DNA of 64,000 nucleotides from Octopus sinensis (taxonomy: Eukaryota). Position 1 is the stretch's first letter. The number at the start of each line of letters is the position of its first letter. Below the pieces are notes generated by a model, which saw nothing but the letters and a program-made list of their open reading frames with translations, was not told the origin of the DNA and ran no database searches. A program made the translations under genes and the position numbers. The stretch spans positions 56,358,001-56,422,000 of the forward strand of contig NC_042997.1 in the NCBI RefSeq assembly GCF_006345805.1. The letters are read 5' to 3'. This document shows, piece after piece, positions 36,487 through 49,800 of the stretch.

Positions 36487-39400
36487 ACCTCAAACAGTAT
36501 CAAGGCATCTACTTACTACATTTGGGAGGTGCTCACACTAAGGAAGGCTTTCTCTTCTCTCTGTTATTTTTTTTACTTTATTCTGACAATGACAAGAAAA
36601 TGGAAAAATGTTTTTAATACCGATTCTTTGTCAGTTAATACAAATCAAGTTGTTCTTTTCTTATTAATTTAATAATGTGTTACTATCTTAGTGCTGTGGT
36701 AATAATCTGTTTATTACCTCAGTACTGTACACAAAGTATGTGTTATTACTGTACTGCTGTAGTAAAAGTGTATGTTATTACTTCAGTATTGACTTAAAGT
36801 CTGTGTGAAGAAAACAAGCTTGATTACAAAAAATTGTATATTTTTTTACTTTGTTTTGAATTGCTGGTGGCATCTTTTTACTGGAACAGGAAGATAAAAA
36901 TCTGTTCCAAAACATAACTGCTGTTTTCTACTTGATTTGGTTCTAAATTTACAGAATAGCTTATAAAGCTGTTATTTAGTTAATAATAATAATAATGTTT
37001 TAGAAGATGATGAAGTAAAGTCTATGAGATAGTCTTGTGTGTTGTGTATGTGTGTGTGTGTGTAATCTTGGTTGAAATTGCTACAGGAATGGCTCAAAGG
37101 CTCAAAAGTTTTATGCCAAAGCACTTGTCAATTAGTTTGAAGTGCCCTGCTCTGAAACTTTGGGCTCTTGAGTCACTCCCTAAGCAACCTCAAAGAGAAA
37201 GATTATATACTCTGCTTTATATATTGAATTCTCTTTCTCCTATTTGTAAAATCGTAAAGTGAAACATACCTGTTTGTGTGTGTGTGTGTAATATTATACT
37301 AACCAAAAGAGCTAAGATCAGTTGTTAGAGAGAAAATATGCTCTGCTTTTAAATGTATGAGATAGTGTAACAATATGTTTTTTAATATTTTGGGAATAAG
37401 TTTCGAATAATTTTTAATTAGTTATTTAGTGAATTACACAGTAAGGTCTATGCTGTATTTCTGTACTTCTTTTTTTATGGGATAATGATATGTACCCCAA
37501 ATTCATCTGTTAGGCTATGTATGAAATTTTGCAAGGGTTTAAGCTATTATTATATTTAATGGGTGATTTACCATGCTTTTTAAAGATCATACAGCTTTTA
37601 TTTCGTAGCATTTTTCTATTTATTTTCTCTCTCATTGATAGATATTTCTTCATCAAAAGTGCAATATTTTGTTGCTGTTGTTATCCCTTTTGTAATTAAC
37701 ATCAAATGATTTATAAGCATATTTAAGGTTTATATTTGTCTTTCAACAGTTTCATTAAAGCTGTAGGGTTGAAAAACCTCTTCAAAATAAGAAATAATGG
37801 TGCTTATTAACTCCTAGAATCTATTTTCTTTAAAGAGTTTAGTTTCCATATATTAATAGATACACAAGTTTTTTTTTAGCTTTCCTCCATTCATCACCTT
37901 GGTTATTACTTAACTTACTCTGGCTATTCTCTCTCTAATTTTATGCAAAAGATGAGGGTCCTTTTGCAAATATCTCATATATTATCCTGACCATGCATCA
38001 ATGTTCTAGACATAAGAAAAACAAAATTCTTCTTGTTTGGATTGAAAATCTTCAAACCTTTCAACTTGATTTTCTTACTTCCCAGATCTCCTAGCCAGCC
38101 ATCCTAAGCTATTTGATGCATCTTTTTATTTTTTTTATCTTGAAAACACCCACCATGGTATCTCAGAATTAATCTTATTATAAACTTCAATATTCACAAC
38201 TCATTTTGTTGATCTTACCAGTACATAAACTGACATTGTTATCACTTAATTTCTCTTTGTACGTACATCACTGAATGTCCATTCCACTCTCCCAGCATAG
38301 TAATACTTCTACTTCTTTATTCTTACCCCAAATGTCTACTTCAATATTTCCATTTGAACTCTTCCTGGTTCTTCTGCTGGATTTTTACCATAAACCTTAC
38401 AACTGCTAGTAAACTGCATTCTGAATTTTCTGAGTGTTTAAATCAACTAATTGGCATGAGACAGTTTCTGTATAGGATAACCATGGCAATAATTGTACTG
38501 AAAAGGCTCAAAATATAATAGGTAGAATTTTTTTCAATATATTCTTGTATATTTCACTTACTAAGAACTAGAATCCTAATATCCTCAAATGAAAGGTTTT
38601 TATACAGGTGTAAAACCACTTTCAAAGCCCAGAAGTCTTCACTTATACTTGCTAATGATATTGTTACTATTAATAACCATTTCACTAAGACCATTATGGA
38701 ATATATTTACATCCTATACATACCTACTAAGTTATCACTTAATTATGATACATTTCTATTAGCTTTAGCTAATGTTTTCTTGTAATAATAAAAAAAAAAC
38801 CTAATTTTTATCACCAGCCATCCTGTCACCAAATCTGTTGTGTGTTTGTTTCGTCTAGCTGCTTTGATTTCCTACACCTCTCTAGGTAAACAGCAATCTC
38901 CTACCCTTTCTCGACATTGCAATGCAGTGTATGTTGAGAATTTTGCTTCATCCCTAAACTTCTTTAACTCTGATGTCAGTGTTTTATCGTCAGTGAATTC
39001 TATGTTCTGCTTGTTACAAATATCAACACTTTCTATATGATATCCATTGTAGTCTTCAATAGGGATTTCAAAATCTGGTTCAATGGACATAGGCAATTCA
39101 CACCAAGTCAGATCAAGTGAGCAACATTAACATGGAACTACACAAAGAATAGAAAAGTCAGATAGACCACACAACTAGACACAAATATTCCTATTAACAG
39201 GTTAGGTGCCAACACCAATTTTAATATGCTGTTTATAAGTTCTGTTGCTAGTCTAATGACTGAAACAAGTATAAGATAGAAAATAAAGATAATTAATTCT
39301 TTTCTAATACATTCTTTACAGATTCTTAAAAATCTAAAAGAAAATTATTAATAGTTCATACAGAATTAATTTATGAATTGTTTTTCATGAGCAAACATTA

Positions 39401-41733
39401 GTCTCTTCTGACATATTGATGAATATTACACTTAATAGCTGTAATAGTCTTAGGTAAGAAATTATAAATACTTATTTAAAAATTCCTTTGTGTTGTAAAA
39501 TCAGTTGTGAGAATAATCAACTTCATTTTCTAATCTATTAATAACTTTGAAAACTTAATATTTAACATATTTCTTTTATTATTTAGAAATTTTACTTAGT
39601 ATTTCAAAAGTCTGTATAATTTCTTTTCGTGTTTTTTCTTTTACTTAGTCACATGCATATTACAATTTTTGCTGTCTGAATCTGTTTAATGAAGTGAGCT
39701 ATATAAGCATTTCTGACTAGAGCTTTATAATATAAAATTGTACTTCCTTAACTTGTAATTAGTATGTACTTATAACTATACCATTATTTTGCTTTATAGT
39801 TATGGATGTGGAAATGTTATAGCTCAGGCTTCTATCAAAGTGACTCCAAAATCCTCCAGCTATTACTGTTATTTCAATTAAGTTAGCTCCTAAGTCTTTA
39901 TTTGTGTTATGCTTTTATGCTTGCTCCTGCAATTTAACTCCTACTTTATTTGGTCTTGTGGTAAGTTGATACAAAATAATTTTGAGAAATGTATTTGTCT
40001 TTTGGAGAATTTATTGGCATTTATTTGATAAGGAAAAATATAGAATTTTCTCATAAAAAATGGGTGCCACTATTAATTTGTGACCTATAGTATCAAATTT
40101 TAAAAATATATTATCTTATAAACATCTTCCTAACTGAAAATAAGACAAAATTTAAAAACAAAATTCAAAGTGAATTCTTTGAGAAGATTTATCTGATTCT
40201 ATTTTGAGCAAAAAGATCATAGTTAAACAGTTAACTATGGCCATGGAAGTAATGCAATGATACTAATAAGATTATTGCTCTCACAGAAATTGTTGTCATT
40301 TAAGCATTGCGCCTGCTGCCTAAGTCTATAAATTCACAGGTCTTCTTTCTGTGGATTCAGTCAGTAAGATTTAAGTGTCTTTGCTAAAGACTATGATCAG
40401 ATACCAAATATATTTCTCTTGTTTCAACATTTTTACTTTTAATCTACTTATCTGAACAAAACTTTTCAATCTTTGCTATCTTGCTTACTATATACATCCA
40501 TGAAGAAGGAATGACACTTGTTTTCTTCTAGTTTGCCTGAGAGAGACAAAGGTATGTTCCTATGGCATCACTTGTAAGTCAATGGTGTACCAATAACAGT
40601 TCACTAACCATCTGCATCACATCTCTATCACAATCTATTATGCATAGCAGTATTACAAGAATAGTTCTACTCACTAGTTTCTCTAACTTAATTAGAACAA
40701 TGTCAGAGAAAATGTTAGACTTTTCTAGATATATCATCAGTATTTTCTCATTCTTAAAAAAAAAAGAAAAGAAAAAAGCTCAACACTTTTGGTTGTGATA
40801 AATAACAAATACATTTTCCATGTTTTTTTTTTTGTTTTTTTTTGGAGGAAAATGTAATTTTCTCTTGTCTTCTGCAGCTACAAATCTCATACATAAGCCT
40901 GTGTGATGAAGAACATGATGAAATCTTAACATTACCTTTACGCAGTAAAAATGACATGAATAAAGTAGTACTCATGTACAAAAGAGAATCCTTAAAAGCA
41001 TCTAATTTAATTTTGTTAAATATGTTTTAAGTACTATTGTCTTTTTCTGTCAATAAGAGTAATTTTTATATAACTTTTAGTTTGTAGCCATGTTGTTTCA
41101 AGCTGTTTGAAACAATTAATCCTGTTCTTTTAAGTTGAGCTAGGGATTTTCTTTCTTTCCTTTTTTAAAACACAAAATTTTAGGGTATAGCATTTAAAAA
41201 AAATTCTTTGTTGAAATGCTTACATTAAATGTTTTACCTGTATATTTCTCTTTTCAAATTTATTAACATTGAACCACCTTCCATTTGTAGCAGTGATATT
41301 TTAATACACACAACTTAACAGCCGAGCTGTTAGCCTTGTAAACATTATAGAAGGAACCATTCTAAAAGATCGATGTTATTGCAAAAGTTTTTTTAACAAT
41401 TTAAAAAAGAAATAACCACTAAATGTCTTGTCTTAAAAATAAATTTATTTTAAAGATGATATAAATAATACTAATGAAAAAATCTCTGTAAAATTGTGAT
41501 ATAACTCTTATAGTTTAACTATTGAGGAAGATATCCTTTCATAGGCTTTGGCATCTTCATCTGTCCAGCTATCCAAAATTATATAAAATAAAGGAATGTT
41601 TTTTTTTTTTTGGATTATCAAGCTGAGGTAACTTCCATTTATTCAATCTCAGTATTTATTTGATATATTCTTTATTTTTCTGATTCTGATGATGATGACA
41701 ATGATTATGATGATGATAATAAATTATTATTAA

Positions 41734-43500
41734 CCCTTTGAAAAATATATTTTTATTATTTTGATACATATTTTTCATTGTTTATACTCGGCATTAAGAC
41801 ATTATTAATCTGATAAAAGCAACAAACCTATTAAGCTTTTTTGCAGGCAGATAATTTTTAAAATCCTAATGGTGTGTGCGAATAATTTACAGAAAATAAG
41901 CAGAAAAAAATGGTATCTTTAAACAAGTTGTTTGATCATGTATAAAAACAAATGAAATATAATTTGCTCAGTAATTGTATATCAGAATACAATACCATAA
42001 AAAAAAATTAAATACTCATTTTTAATTATATTTTTCAAAACAACCTTTACACAATTCTACACCACAATCTTTGCACCAGGTGGTTATATGTGTATCTTTG
42101 AATTCTTGATCCCTTGATTGAGCACATACAACACACTTTTTTTTTCTTTTTATATTTTGAATAATTTCCATGAAGTGTCTGCAATTTTTTCTAGCCATCT
42201 GGCCACTTGGCCTGGCCTACCCTCTTTCCTCTAGGGCTCTCTGTATTCATCAATAAGACCTTGCACATGTTCACTGATGAACTGCAAGTGAATCAATTCT
42301 TTCATGGACTGGGTACTATTATTTGGGTTGGTACTGGAACAAGTGTAGGTATTTGTTACAGTCCTGTCAATGAGGTGAAGCACTATCTCTGTCAACACTT
42401 TACTATGCCAAGCTCTGCTGCATGTTGGATCATCATTTGGCCTGAAACATCACCCCCACCTTTTATTTCATTATTATTTTCTATGATGACATTGGGAACT
42501 TTCTTTGTCACATTGTTTTGTTTTATTTACAGTGGCTGGTGAACCAAAAGTTGACAAATGTCTGAGCCATTTGAGATCAACTCAGCTTAGAGCAAGCAAC
42601 TATCCTTCCCTCATTCCTGTAATGTTTCCTTTTTTGTTATTTTTCTTTTTAATTTTGCAGGTAGATCGCCACAATCAGCACAGTGAGCCCTGTCACATAT
42701 ATTTGTTTCAGTACCATTTGCTTAACTAGAGCAATGCTTGTGTAGTAGTTATCCGTAAGGAAGTGATGGTGATTTCCTTCATAGGTAGCGAGAAGTCTGG
42801 TACACACATCAAATGGTTGTCCGTCTTTGCTCTTCTTATGATCAAAGACATAGTACATTGTTTGCATGATGTAGCCTGCCTTGGAATCTATTATTTACCA
42901 GAGCCTGCCTCGGAATCTATTATTTACCAGAGACTGCCTTAGAATCCGTAGTTTACCAGATCATGCCTCCTGCTGAAGTACACAATAGATTCATTGATAG
43001 AGACTACACAAATGGCTTGAATTTGAGTGCCTATGTAGTTTTGAAGTGTTCACTTACTGATTGAACCATAATCTTGCATTTTATGATTTGACCCCAATGT
43101 CTATCTAAAGCTTGGAAAAAGCATAGAAAGAGCTTGAAAATGTTCAGTGTCAGTACTTTGTTGAATGCTGGGCTTTCCTGAGAGTAGTCCTTTGTGGTCC
43201 AGTACTGCTGTATAGTGTATTTATTCTTGTGTCCTATGTTCAAAAGCAAACTGACAAAATGCTCATAGTTTTTCAAGTATCAGTGGTTGCCACAGATGCA
43301 TTTTAAAATGTTTTTGAAGTGGCTCCTTGTTTATTACTTTCTGCCACAAGATAATTTTATGTTGTTATGGATCAGGAAATGAGATGCTGTGATGTTCATT
43401 TCTTCACCAAGTTATTATATGCCTAAATGGATAAAAATATCTTCAACTGAAGACTGAAACTGTGTTACAGTCACAGATTGCTCCACAGAACCTGCCATGG
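41734..43500 (-). mobile_element. piggyBac transposase relic (PGBD-like)
   Basis: fragments WQPL/LKNYEHFVSLLLNIG..IQQYW, SIDESIV, HHFLTDNYYTSIAL, C-terminal CVVC...TTWCKDCGVELCKGCF; terminus TTAA|CCCTTTG at 41730-41740; many stops and frameshifts. Confidence 0.8.
42873..42959. repeat. 3 x 29-bp tandem inside the piggyBac relic
   Basis: AGCCTGCCTTGGAATCTATTATTTACCAG at 42873 and 42902, diverged copy at 42931. Confidence 0.9.
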
Positions 43501-44413
43501 CCAATACAAATATTGATTTCTAACATAGGTGCAAGGCTTGCAAATTTGGGAGAAACGTAGTCAATTATATTAATTTTGTACTTCACTACCATTTTTTTTT
43601 TAAGGATAGCAGGTAAAGTTGATCTTAGTAGAATTTGAAACTAGAACATAAATGTTTACAATTAAATACTATAAGGCATTTATTTGACACCACTGTTTCT
43701 GTCATTAGGTTATGGGACATGATGAGACAATATAAAAAAACAACACTAGTTTTAGACCAATATATACATAAACATCAACTCAGTTACACAACACATATAT
43801 AATAGTCTTCTCTACAATTTCCAACTGCCAAGTTTCATTCACAAGCTTTTGGTCAACTAAAACTTCTCCAAAGCACATACAAAGTGAACTTAACTACAAG
43901 GAATTTACATGGATGATAAAGAAATTAATAATGACAGTGTTGGAAGTTTGATTTAAATTACATAGAATGGTCTGTCTGACCATAAACAGAATAATCAAGC
44001 AGGCACAGGAGTGGCTGCATAGTTAAGACGTTTGTTTCCAAATTACATGGTTTGGAGTTCAGTTGCACTTTGGGCAAGTGTCTTCTACTATAGCCCCGGG
44101 CTGACCAGAACGTAAATAGATTTGGTAGGTAGAAATTGTGTTGAAGTTTGTCATGTATGTATGTGTGTCTCCTTGTTTTGATACTATGTTGTTAATAAAT
44201 GTCATTCATTTTCAACATTTAGTGCAAACATGTCTGGCCATAGAAAAATATGACCTTAATATTACCTCACTTGGAAACAGGTAAGTGTTAGTAACAAGCA
44301 AGGCATCCAGTTTTAGAAAAATCTGCTTCAATAAACACTATCTGACCCATGCAAGCATGGAAAAGTAGACATTGAGATGGTGATGAAAACAATGACGTTT
44401 GTGATTTCTTCCA

Positions 44414-44474
<61 letters not shown>

Positions 44475-44479
<5 letters not shown>

Positions 44480-44995
44480 AGGGAACCTGTGGAAGAGATA
44501 GATCCAGGAAGACCTGGAATGAGGTGGTGAAGCATGACTTTCAAACATTAGGCCTCACCAAGGCAATGACTAGTGACCGAGACCTTTGGAAATATGCTGT
44601 GCTTGAGAAGACCTGGCAAGCCAAGTGAGACCATAAGCCTATGCCAGTGGTGTAACCAGCCCAATTATGCGTAACTTTCTTTCATTGGACACTAGACTTA
44701 GGCAAGTGATTCGAAATCAAATTCAATGACAGCACCACCTGATTGGTAGCCGTGCTACTGGAATGTTAAGAGCACCATCCAGGCGCAATCATTGCCAGGG
44801 CTGCTGACTGGCTCCCGTACTGATGGCAAGTAAAAAGAAGCATTTGAGTATGATGATTGGCCAGCGTTGCCTTACTGGCATTTGTGCTGGTGGCACATGA
44901 AAAACGACATTCGAGCGAAGTTGTTGCCAGTGTCGCTGGAATGGATCCTGTGCAGGTTAATTTACATCCCTGTAACTTAGCAGTTTGACAAAAGA
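44475..44995 (+). mobile_element. RTE 3' end with internal repeats of about 60 bp
   Basis: EGTCGRDRSRKTWNEVVKHDFQTLGL. Confidence 0.8.
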
Positions 44996-45484
44996 GACCA
45001 ATATAGAAAGTACCAGACATAAAAATAAATACTGGAGTGAATTTCTTGGACTAAACTCTACCCCAGTATGGCCATGGCCCAATTATTTAAGATAAAAGAT
45101 AAGAAATTTTTGTGTTCTAAAATGACTCTTTCATTATGCAATTGCTTAAACTTTAACACACACTCCAGTCAAATCATATAAAGTACAACACAAAGACAAA
45201 TAGTTTTCTATTATTTATAAAACATCACATTTACAAAAGTCTTTTATAGTTTATTATCATAAATTATTGACTAAAAATAGAATATTGTTGTGTATTTACA
45301 AACATATACATATATTAATAGAATGTAAGTCAAAATGCTGGGTCTACTGGTTTCATGAACATATTTTGATAAAAGTTGTTCAACCAGAAATGTTTCGAGT
45401 GATATCCTGCCAAAAGTTTCACAGAAGTGAGAAAAACACTCCTGATTGTTTAGATACTAATACATACACACACACACACATATA

Positions 45485-45525
<41 letters not shown>

Positions 45526-45832
45526 ACCAGATTGTCAGATGTGGTTACACACTGCTGGTTACAATGCCCTTCCTTGCATTGTTTATAGCTTTCAAATGAT
45601 GCCTGTCTGTTGGCTAGATGGGCAGGCCAACATTCTCACTAAATGGGACTCCAGTCTGTTGCAGGTTTACCCAGTTTTACAACTGAGCAGACTGAAGCAA
45701 TGTGAAGTGCAGTTTTTTGTTCAAGAACACAATGTGCTGCTGGTCTAGGATTGAAGCTGCAATCTTGTGGTCGTATGTGCAAAAGCCTAGTCACTAGGCT
45801 ATATATACAGGTGTGTATGTGTGTGTGTGTAT

Positions 45833-46221
45833 CAGGCACGTGCCATCAGTAATAACTCAGGGTAGGCAGTTGGTGACGTTTATGTAGTAAAACGCACAAA
45901 AAAATAAGCAAAACACAAGCGTGTGACAGAGTTGGAGGCAGAATTACTTCTGCCTTTATAGCGTGTGAAGAAAACGTTGTGTACACAGCATGTGTACTAC
46001 AACAGTATTATACATAGTTTTAATACTGAAATTGAAAGGCAGGGGTGAATTATGCTTGCCTAATCTACAAAAAAAAAGTTATTTTGCATTTTATGCATAG
46101 TAACCAGAGTAATCTTCATAATTTTATTGAATTAGGTGCATATTTTGCCATAAAAGGAAAATGTTACTATCAATGTATTTTATTCAGAGTAGGTACTGCC
46201 TACCCAGGCGGCACATCCCTG
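45833..46221. mobile_element. Probable MITE with CAGG..GTGCC..GGGTAGGCAG TIRs
   Basis: left CAGGCACGTGCC...GGGTAGGCAG; right CTGCCTACCCAGGCGGCACATCCCTG. Confidence 0.55.
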
Positions 46222-46256
<35 letters not shown>

Positions 46257-46557
46257 CGCATACATGCTGTATATATTACAATATAAAAAGCATATCATTA
46301 TAAGTTATATAAATATAAATAGAAGGATTTCAGGATTATTTGCTCACATATATAACTCCTTTTCATTTCTGACATCCAGTTCTCTTTCCTTTAATAATGA
46401 TTTCTGCTATACCTACAAGGTTACACATATGGAGGGATAGCATCAACTTCAGTAGACAAATGGTATTTAGTTCATCTGCTGCTGTAGTGATTCTGGTTCT
46501 GTCAATTTGCACGAAGAGATTCTAATTTCTTTACAGTTAAAAGATTAATTTACATTT

Positions 46558-46688
46558 TCAGAAATTCATTTGAGACTGTTGTTGTGCCATTTGCTCTACA
46601 AGTTCTGCTCTTTTCTTCAAGTTTTCCACAAAATTTGGGAGGTGATTTGGAAAATCAGCATCCCAAAAACTGATGCAACCAAATAGAT
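46558..46688 (-). CDS. LRRK2: LRRK2-like terminal exon (DLFGCISFWDADFPNHLPNFVENLKKRAELVEQMAQQQSQMNF*)
   Basis: tttagcag| acceptor; similar to human SCLTVWDINLP...RKELAEKM; stop TGA. Confidence 0.88.
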
Positions 46689-46834
46689 CTGCTAAATAAT
46701 GTAAAATGAAAAATTAATATATATATATATATATATAAGTTCAGCAAAATTTAGATTCAGATGTTTAATAAAATGAAGTAGCATGAAACAATTGTACTAC
46801 ACCACCTTGGATATCCTTGTTGCTTATTATATAT

Positions 46835-46882
<48 letters not shown>

Positions 46883-49800
46883 AGTGAGAGAGGAGGAGAG
46901 AGAGAAACAAACAGAGGGAGATACACACATAGTTCATATATATATGAAAGTACACTCCTGTGGCTATGAAATCCTGCCTCATCCCCCTTACTCTCCCAAC
47001 CTTGCACCATCTGACTTCCATCACTTTCCTACCATGATGTCTTTTTTGAAGGGGAAGCACTTTTCAGATGATGATGAACTTATTTCCAAGGTAAAGTCTT
47101 GGCTCCAGACACAACCTACCAACTTCTATAGACAAGGTCTTAACAGCTGCATAAAGTGATGGCAGAAGTATGTCACCATTGGTGGTAGTTATGTAGAAAA
47201 GACTAATAATTATGCCAAGTTTCGTTTATCCCAGTCCTTGTGAACTAGGTCAGGGGAAATCTTTAATGAACATTCCTTGTTGTCCATACATACGTACGTA
47301 CAAACAAATGTGCATACATACATGTATACATATGTACGTACATATATACGTACGTACTTACATACATAAAGTTGGGAGTGCTTGTAAATATTATGAGCAT
47401 TGCCCTTCTTCCCTAGATCAATTAATTTAAAAAAATTATTTAAACATAGTTTACCTTTTCTATTTAAGCCAAGTTGAGGACGAAATCCATAACTTCCACA
47501 AATGATTTGGGAAGATGAGCCAGTACCTGTATATAGATATAAATATTTATCTTTTATTATGCATATATAGGGTGTGTACAATTTTGATATGAATAATTAT
47601 TCCCAGGTGAGAAGCCATCCTCATTAGGTTAACAAACCCCCATTATGCTGTTCCTGTCCAGCATTGAACTGCAACTATCCATGATTGTTCATCAGAATTT
47701 TACTGCTGTAAGCAAGAATCAAAATAATACCAGAGATTGGAATTGAACAATCTGACTTTGTAAAGGATGCTAGCACTAGGAATATTTTTGTATTGAGAAG
47801 GATCTCAGAGTGGATGGTGGAGATACAAAAAGATGTCTTTATGTGTTTCATAGATTACAGAAAGGCCTTCAACAAAGTAAGACATGGCTTTATTTGAAGA
47901 ACTCAGTAACCTTGATATTCATGAGAAAGACCTCCAAGTCCTGCAGAGCCTGTACTGGAACTAATCAGTCTTCATAAAGGTGTATGGAGACCTTTGGTGA
48001 TGTGCTGTGCTTGAGAGGACACATCAAGCCAAGTGCACCCGTGCTAGTGGCACGTAAAGAACATCTTTTGAACATTGGACCTCACGGAAGCAAAGTGACT
48101 GAGTTCCTTTTAAGCATTTGGCCTCACAGAAGCAAAGTGGCTGAGTACTTTCCTAGTGTTAGGCTTCACAGAGGCAAGATGGCTGAGTTCCTTTTGAGCA
48201 TTGGACCTCATGGAAGCAAAGTGGCTGAGTTCCTTTCGAGTGTTGGACCTCACAGAGGCAACGACCAAGGCCTTTGGCATTATGTTGTGCTTCAGAAGAA
48301 GACCCACCAAGCTGAGCAAAATCTCAGTTGTGACAGATACCAGTGTCACACAAATTGGCACCTGTGCTGGTGGTATGTAAATGCACTCCAGTGTCACACA
48401 AATGGCACCCATGCCAGTGGCATGTAAAAGCACTCTCAGAATGGTTGGCATTAGGAAGGGCATCCAGCTGTAGAAGACCATGCCAAATCAGACTGGAGTC
48501 TGGTGCAGCCTTCCAGCATGCCAGTTCAGTCAAATCGTCCAACCCATGCCAGCATAGAGAACAGATGTTAAATGATGATGAATAAATAAATATTATTACA
48601 TTTGACAAAATAATCTGAATGCTAAAAGGTTAAACACTGTTCATCTCCAATTTCACATTACTATATTCACCTGATGAATTACCTTTGTCTGATAATGAGA
48701 GGAGAGATCGAATTGGACCAATGTGTCGGTGTAATGTTATTAGCGGTTGAAGTCTGTAGCAGTCCAGCAAAACAAGATGACCTCCTCCAGTACCAATCCA
48801 AAGTATTTTAGTTGCTGCATGTAAACAAGTTGCTGTTATTCTGGACATATTTGTTTCAGTGCTGTAACAGTAGAATTTTATTTTAATTAGCTGTAAGTCT
48901 CATAATTAATGAGGAAGGAAATAAGAAGTTGTTGTACTTGTAGCAGAGCTACATATTACATAGTAATATGTGAGTCAACCTGCACAGCTACATATTACAT
49001 AGAATTATAGGAAAATGTTTTTCTTTTTTTCGATGAATGATTTACAGTGACCTAATATGCCACAATCTGCAATCAGGGATTAATATATACAGTGATTTTT
49101 AAGAGATATGTAAAAGATTTTTTTTTAATTTCGTTTCCAGGTAATATTGTAAACATTAACCTAGTTATCTTCTAAATAAAGTTCTTCCCATTTGTAGCTT
49201 AATATCTATGAACTTGGTCTTTTCCTTAAAGTTTTACATACTGGAGCATTATCACAGTTTTTAGTCTTTATAAAAATGTGTCTAGACAAATTTTGAAATT
49301 TTGATCAAACTGTTCTTATCCTTTTCTAGCTCTTTTGGTTACTACTTCTGCTGGTCATACGTATTTGGCTTGCAGCTAAGCCAACCTCCTCACACTACAC
49401 CCATAGGGTATAAGCTAGAGTCAAGTATATTTGTACAAATTAATATGGGATGATTTTTGCAGCAATGCTTATCATATTTTTATTGTAGACAGTTTGATAA
49501 GGTTAGTTTCTACCTCATATTAAGTCTCAATTACTGTTTCTCTAAACTTGATACATTTTAAAACCAGTTAGTGCCAGAGCCAAGGTGGTATTATTTCTGT
49601 AAACAAAGTTGGCTACTCTGGTTCAATTCCTGGCAGCTTACACTTCACTTATCTTGCTAATGTCTTTGAAAATGACATGCATGTCATAACACCAGCTTTC
49701 TTGTCACTTGAAGCCAATAAGATTGATCATCCATTGATAGATACTTCTAATCACAAGTTTCAGAAATTGGTTCTGTTGATCACAGTAGTGCAAGAAAAAC

